A stretch of DNA of 24,000 bases from Escherichia ruysiae (GTDB lineage Bacteria; Pseudomonadota; Gammaproteobacteria; Enterobacterales; Enterobacteriaceae). Both the position numbers and the translations under genes were made by a program. Within the stretch, counting starts at the first letter, position 1. Each line of letters begins with the position of its first letter. Under the pieces are notes generated by a model that did no database searches, was not told where the DNA came from, and worked only from the letters and a program-made list of their open reading frames with translations. The stretch lies in assembly GCF_902498915.1 (NCBI RefSeq), contig NZ_CABVLQ010000001.1. One strand, given 5' to 3'. Below, one piece after another: positions 19,727 through 24,000 of this stretch.

Positions 19727-19740
19727 AATATCACTCCGGC

Positions 19741-21438
19741 TCAAAGCAATAACGTAGCCTGTGAGGCGACAGGGGTGCGTTGGTTAGGAATGTAAAACGC
19801 GATTTCCGTCCCAGGCTCCAGACGACGAATATGCAGCCCCTCACCATATAACAACTTCACGCGATGATGCACATTCAGCAGGCCAATTTTATTGCCCGGC
19901 ATTTCGTTCGCTTCGACCCGCTCAATCACTTTCGGATCGATGCCGTGCCCGGTATCTCTCACCGCAATACGAACCCGATTACCGCACTCTGCAACGCTGA
20001 TGGTGACAACACCTTTTCCCTTACAAGGTTGAATACCGTGAACAATGGCGTTTTCTACCAGCGGCTGGATCAGCAGGCTGGGAATGCAGCAATTCACCTC
20101 TTCATCAATATCATAGATAACCGTCAGCTTGTCGCCAAAGCGGGCCTGCTCAATGGCAATATAGTCTTTAATTTGATACAGCTCTTTTTTGATATCGATT
20201 TGCTCATCGTCTTTTAATTCAATGTTATAGCGCAGATAACGCGACAGATTAAAGATCAGCTGGCGAGCGGTATCCGGATTCAGGCGAATTGATGAGGAGA
20301 TTGCGTTCAGAGCGTTAAACAGGAAATGGGGATTAATTTTACTTTGTAGCGCGCGAAGCTCTGCCTTATTTGCCATTTCACGTAGCTGCTCGGCACGCGA
20401 AACCTCCAGTTGCGTGGAGATGATTTGTGACAGACCGACCGCCATTTCCTGCAATGACGAGGTGATCTGATGCGCGTGGCAGTAGTAGATTTTCAGCGTC
20501 CCGGTCACGACTCCTTTCTCCCAAAGCGGGATCACCAGCATCGAGTGGATTTCCGGCGTGCGATGGGCTTCATCATTGTTTTTAATGATGATTTTTCCGT
20601 AATTCATCGCCTGGCGGGTTGTCGGGCTAATAAAGTCATCACCATTCTGATAATTATGTTCACCCACGCCAACATACGCCAGCACATGATCGGTATTGGT
20701 GATTGCTACCGCATCGGCGTGAATATCATCGCGGATAATTTCGCAGACTTTACGTAATGATTCGCTATTGACATGGCGAAACAGCGGCAGCGTTTTGTTG
20801 GCGATATCCAGCGCCAGCTTGGCCTGCCGCGCGGCGCTGGCCTCCTTTTCGCCCTCAACGCTTTGCACCAGCAGCACAATAAAGCCGATACAGACGCTGC
20901 CAAGGATCATCGGGATACCGATTTTAGAGACGATATCGATCCCCAGTTCGGTGGTCGGCGCCCAGACAATCACCAGAATCATGGTCAACGTTTCACACAA
21001 CATACCGCCGAGAATACCGACACGCCAACGCTGCGCTTTGGGGATTTTTAGGTTGATCCAGCCCGATATACATCCCGCCAGAATACTGGTGATAAAGCAG
21101 GGAATCGCCGTCACGCCACCAATATCAATAAGATAGCGGTGAATCCCGGCTATCACGCCGGTAATAATCCCCACCCACGGACCAAATAAAATCCCGCCTG
21201 ACATCACCGCAATAATACGCACGTTAACCAGTGAGCCTTCCACCGGCACGCCGGACCAGGTGCTGAACAGGGCGAACAGCGAGAAAATGGCGGTAACGGC
21301 GAGCAGCTCTTTTGGTGAGTGCGCCGACTTGTGCAACAACTCGCGAAACAGGCGGATACGAATAAGGAAGAACAGGCAGATAAGCATTAACGCTGCCCGA
21401 TCGAAGACCGCCAGCAGCATGTTGAATATTTCGTGCAC
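19741..21438 (-). CDS. ypdA: LytS-type sensor histidine kinase (5TM-Lyt, GAF, His-kinase, HATPase)
   Basis: 565 aa with a GTG start. The N-terminus is hydrophobic. The H-box is [11 protein letters not shown], the N-box is VENAIVHG, and the G-boxes are DTGHGI and NKIGLLNV. Confidence 0.93.
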   Translation of the reverse strand: MHEIFNMLLAVFDRAALMLICLFFLIRIRLFRELLHKSAHSPKELLAVTAIFSLFALFSTWSGVPVEGSLVNVRIIAVMSGGILFGPWVGIITGVIAGIHRYLIDIGGVTAIPCFITSILAGCISGWINLKIPKAQRWRVGILGGMLCETLTMILVIVWAPTTELGIDIVSKIGIPMILGSVCIGFIVLLVQSVEGEKEASAARQAKLALDIANKTLPLFRHVNSESLRKVCEIIRDDIHADAVAITNTDHVLAYVGVGEHNYQNGDDFISPTTRQAMNYGKIIIKNNDEAHRTPEIHSMLVIPLWEKGVVTGTLKIYYCHAHQITSSLQEMAVGLSQIISTQLEVSRAEQLREMANKAELRALQSKINPHFLFNALNAISSSIRLNPDTARQLIFNLSRYLRYNIELKDDEQIDIKKELYQIKDYIAIEQARFGDKLTVIYDIDEEVNCCIPSLLIQPLVENAIVHGIQPCKGKGVVTISVAECGNRVRIAVRDTGHGIDPKVIERVEANEMPGNKIGLLNVHHRVKLLYGEGLHIRRLEPGTEIAFYIPNQRTPVASQATLLL

Positions 21439-21814
21439 GGGTAACTCTGGATAAGGATTAAACCTCTATGATAGGTAACCTGAAGGCTGATGACCAGCAG
21501 GCCGTTTTTGAGGAAAAACCACAATTTTAAAAGGGGATTATAAGGTAAATGGTGCATTGCCAATGCATCTCTTATTAATACACACTCAGAAGGTAAATTT
21601 ATTGAAATTATAATGTTAATTAATGTGGGTTTGATTTTCTTAAAAGAAAGTAAGGATTTCCCGTTTTATTACAGATGTTCCTCTTTTTTTGGTAGAAAAA
21701 AATTTTTGCTAAAACGCTCGACAGACAGAAATTAATCAGGCTATTTTCAAAACAGCCACCATCGTGGCAGCGTCGCTCGGACGGTCCGGGCGCTAACGTT
21801 TATCTGAGGAAATT

Positions 21815-23053
21815 ATGGCTGACACTCGCCCTGAACGTCGCTTTACGCGTATTGATCGTCTCCCGCCCTACGTTTTTAACATTACCGCTGAACTGAAAAT
21901 GGCTGCGCGTCGGCGCGGCGAAGATATTATCGATTTCAGTATGGGCAATCCGGACGGCGCGACCCCGCCGCATATCGTCGAAAAACTCTGTACCGTGGCG
22001 CAGCGCCCGGACACACACGGCTATTCCACTTCACGCGGCATTCCGCGCTTACGTCGCGCCATTTCCCGCTGGTATCAGGATCGCTACGATGTCGAGATTG
22101 ATCCGGAATCAGAAGCCATCGTCACCATTGGCTCGAAAGAGGGGCTGGCGCATCTGATGCTGGCGACGCTGGATCACGGCGACACGGTGCTGGTGCCGAA
22201 TCCAAGTTATCCGATTCATATCTACGGCGCTGTGATTGCCGGTGCGCAGGTACGTTCAGTGCCGCTGGTGGAGGGTGTCGATTTCTTCAATGAACTGGAA
22301 CGCGCTATTCGCGAAAGCTATCCGAAACCGAAGATGATGATCCTCGGCTTCCCGTCGAACCCAACAGCGCAATGTGTGGAACTGGAGTTCTTCGAAAAAG
22401 TGGTGGCGCTGGCGAAACGCTACGATGTGCTGGTGGTCCACGACCTGGCCTATGCTGATATCGTCTACGATGGCTGGAAAGCGCCGTCAATCATGCAGGT
22501 GCCGGGCGCACGTGACGTGGCGGTTGAGTTCTTTACCTTGTCGAAAAGTTACAACATGGCAGGCTGGCGTATCGGCTTTATGGTTGGTAACAAAACGCTG
22601 GTCAGTGCGCTGGCGCGTATCAAAAGTTATCACGATTACGGCACCTTTACACCGTTACAGGTGGCTGCAATTGCCGCGCTGGAAGGCGATCAACAGTGCG
22701 TGCGCGATATTGCCGAACAGTATAAGCGCCGCCGCGATGTGCTGGTAAAAGGGCTGCATGAAGCGGGCTGGATGGTCGAAATGCCGAAAGCTTCGATGTA
22801 TGTCTGGGCGAAAATCCCTGAACCGTATGCGGCAATGGGCTCGCTGGAGTTTGCCAAAAAGCTGCTTAACGAAGCGAAGGTCTGTGTCTCGCCGGGGATT
22901 GGCTTTGGTGACTACGGCGACACGCATGTACGCTTTGCGTTGATTGAAAACCGTGACCGTATTCGTCAGGCAGTCAGAGGCATCAAAGCGATGTTCCGAG
23001 CCGATGGTTTACTTCCAGCCAGCAGTAAACATATTCACGAAAACACGGAATAA
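21815..23053 (+). CDS. alaC: PLP-dependent class I aminotransferase (glutamate-pyruvate / alanine aminotransferase)
   Basis: 412 aa. The PLP-lysine motif is [15 protein letters not shown], and an SD gagga lies upstream. It is near-identical to E. coli AlaC (YfdZ) by recall. Confidence 0.95.
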   Translation: MADTRPERRFTRIDRLPPYVFNITAELKMAARRRGEDIIDFSMGNPDGATPPHIVEKLCTVAQRPDTHGYSTSRGIPRLRRAISRWYQDRYDVEIDPESEAIVTIGSKEGLAHLMLATLDHGDTVLVPNPSYPIHIYGAVIAGAQVRSVPLVEGVDFFNELERAIRESYPKPKMMILGFPSNPTAQCVELEFFEKVVALAKRYDVLVVHDLAYADIVYDGWKAPSIMQVPGARDVAVEFFTLSKSYNMAGWRIGFMVGNKTLVSALARIKSYHDYGTFTPLQVAAIAALEGDQQCVRDIAEQYKRRRDVLVKGLHEAGWMVEMPKASMYVWAKIPEPYAAMGSLEFAKKLLNEAKVCVSPGIGFGDYGDTHVRFALIENRDRIRQAVRGIKAMFRADGLLPASSKHIHENTE

Positions 23054-23072
23054 ACACCTTCGCCAGAAACGC

Positions 23073-23100
23073 AAACAGGAGCCAGATGGCTCCTGTTTTT
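23073..23100 (+). terminator. Rho-independent terminator after alaC (may also serve convergent ypdK)
   Basis: The perfect hairpin aaacaggagcc-agat-ggctcctgttt is followed by tt, and lies between the alaC stop (23053) and the ypdK stop (23118). Confidence 0.8.
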
Positions 23101-23117
23101 CATTGCACAGTTTGCTT

Positions 23118-23189
23118 TTAGATCATCAGGGCAAAAGTACCGGCCCAAACGATGACCATAAAAGAAATGCCCATAAAGAAATATTTCAC
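23118..23189 (-). CDS. ypdK: 23-aa hydrophobic small membrane protein
   Basis: It is not in the ORF track because it is too short. The minus strand reads GTG AAA TAT TTC TTT ATG GGC ATT TCT TTT ATG GTC ATC GTT TGG GCC GGT ACT TTT GCC CTG ATG ATC TAA, which translates to (M)KYFFMGISFMVIVWAGTFALMI. A GGAGAG SD lies about 8 nt upstream. It matches the E. coli small protein YpdK by recall, at the same position between alaC and lpxP. Confidence 0.75.
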   Translation of the reverse strand: MKYFFMGISFMVIVWAGTFALMI

Positions 23190-23475
23190 TTTACATCTCT
23201 CCGCGTAATTACTGTTACGCCTGAATGACTTCATTACATCTGATACAGTGAGTTGACACCGGGAAAACGACCTTAACACGGCTCTGTTTTGCCGTGGGCA
23301 TCACCCCAGAATTCTGAGCTGATTTGCTCGAGACGGCGCTAATGTACGCCTAAAACTAAATTGAAACAAGTGGCATTTTCTTATTTACTTTTAGTAACTT
23401 ACGAGTGTCTCATATCGGCGACAGTTTAATTTCTGTCAGTAATAATTCATGATTCAGCGAAGGGGAAAGCCTTAA

Positions 23476-23511
23476 GAAAAAAGCCATAAAAACCATTGAG
23501 TTATTATGGCT
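23476..23511 (-). terminator. Putative rho-independent terminator after lpxP
   Basis: On the minus strand the stem agccataa/ttatggct has a long (~14 nt) loop and is followed by T6, about 35 nt after the lpxP stop. The long loop lowers confidence. Confidence 0.55.
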
Positions 23512-23543
23512 AATTTGAGGAGGAAAGAAGAGCTGGTCGTTTG

Positions 23544-24000
23544 TTAAACGTATAACGACGCTTCACCCACCGGACGCGTTTTGAAGCGGCGGTGGATCCA
23601 GAGATACTGCTCCGGTGCGCGCATAATCTCTTTCTCAATAATCTTGTTCATATAAGCCGCAGCCTGACCTTCATCTGTCGGGTAGCCTTCCATTTCTGGG
23701 GTGATATACAAACGGTATCCACTGTAATCGGCTTTTCGTACCATCGTCACAGTCAACATGGCGGAACCTGAGAGGCGTGACAATACGTAAGTGCCATTGG
23801 TTGTCGCAACATTTTCTACCGCAAAGAACGGAGCGAAGGAGCTTCCTTTACGACCATAATCCTGGTCGGGAGCGAACCATACGGCTTCACCTTTTTTCAA
23901 AGCACCAACAATACCGCGCAGATTATTTCTGCCGATCATCGCTTTATTCGAACGCATCCGACCACGGGTCTGCACCCATTCCATCAATTGATTATTATGC
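23544..24000 (-). CDS. lpxP: Lipid A palmitoleoyl (cold-induced late) acyltransferase, C-terminal part; the 5' end lies beyond the window
   Basis: The frame is open to the window edge. The visible C-terminal ~150 aa (..WFAPDQDYGRKGSSFAPFF...EQYLWIHRRFKTRP) match the LpxL/LpxM/LpxP lauroyl/myristoyl acyltransferase family. The position next to ypdK/alaC matches lpxP by recall. Confidence 0.88.
   Translation of the reverse strand, partial: HNNQLMEWVQTRGRMRSNKAMIGRNNLRGIVGALKKGEAVWFAPDQDYGRKGSSFAPFFAVENVATTNGTYVLSRLSGSAMLTVTMVRKADYSGYRLYITPEMEGYPTDEGQAAAYMNKIIEKEIMRAPEQYLWIHRRFKTRPVGEASLYV

Noticed and set aside
23497-23538. A tiny plus-strand ORF, ATG GCT AAT TTG AGG AGG AAA GAA GAG CTG GTC GTT TGT TAA (13 aa), lies near a GAGGAGG string downstream of lpxP.
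   Set aside because: The GAGGAGG is inside the ORF rather than upstream of it. The ATG lies in the lpxP terminator stem, and nothing else supports it.

Overview
This window reads as gene-dense Escherichia (E. coli-like) core chromosome. By recall of gene order and protein sequences, it is colinear, in reverse orientation, with the K-12 interval lysV-valYXU / gltX / yfeDC / alaWX / pdeA(yfeA) / nupC / mntH / ypeC / yfeO / glk / fryBC-ypdFE-fryA / ypdCBA / alaC / ypdK / lpxP. Scattered amino-acid differences from the K-12 proteins as I remember them (for example the Glk C-terminus is ...LGYVL here) suggest a different strain or lineage, not K-12 itself. I can support 6 tRNA genes (3 identical tRNA-Val-UAC, 1 tRNA-Lys-UUU, 2 identical tRNA-Ala-GGC) and 20 CDS. 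One CDS is truncated by the window edge, and one is a 23-aa small protein absent from the ORF track. I can also support several rho-independent terminators, REP/BIME repeats, two near-consensus stable-RNA promoters, and Fur and MntR operators upstream of mntH. I see no integrase, transposase, IS element, CRISPR array, prophage remnant, toxin-antitoxin pair or recognisable defence gene. Intergenic lengths leave no room for an inserted island. All other ORF-track entries are antisense or alternate-frame shadows of the real genes. I do not find a convincing previously undescribed system here. The least explained biology is listed as findings: (1) the self-contained fry PTS operon with two embedded aminopeptidases, abutting the ypdABC sensor/regulator operon tail to tail with a 2-bp gap; (2) the translationally coupled paralogous small HTH pair yfeC/yfeD; (3) the secreted His/Arg/Trp/Asp-rich mini-protein YpeC next to mntH; (4) the ClC-like orphan channel YfeO; (5) a few structured non-coding intervals. 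All are scored modestly because they are conserved, already catalogued loci.
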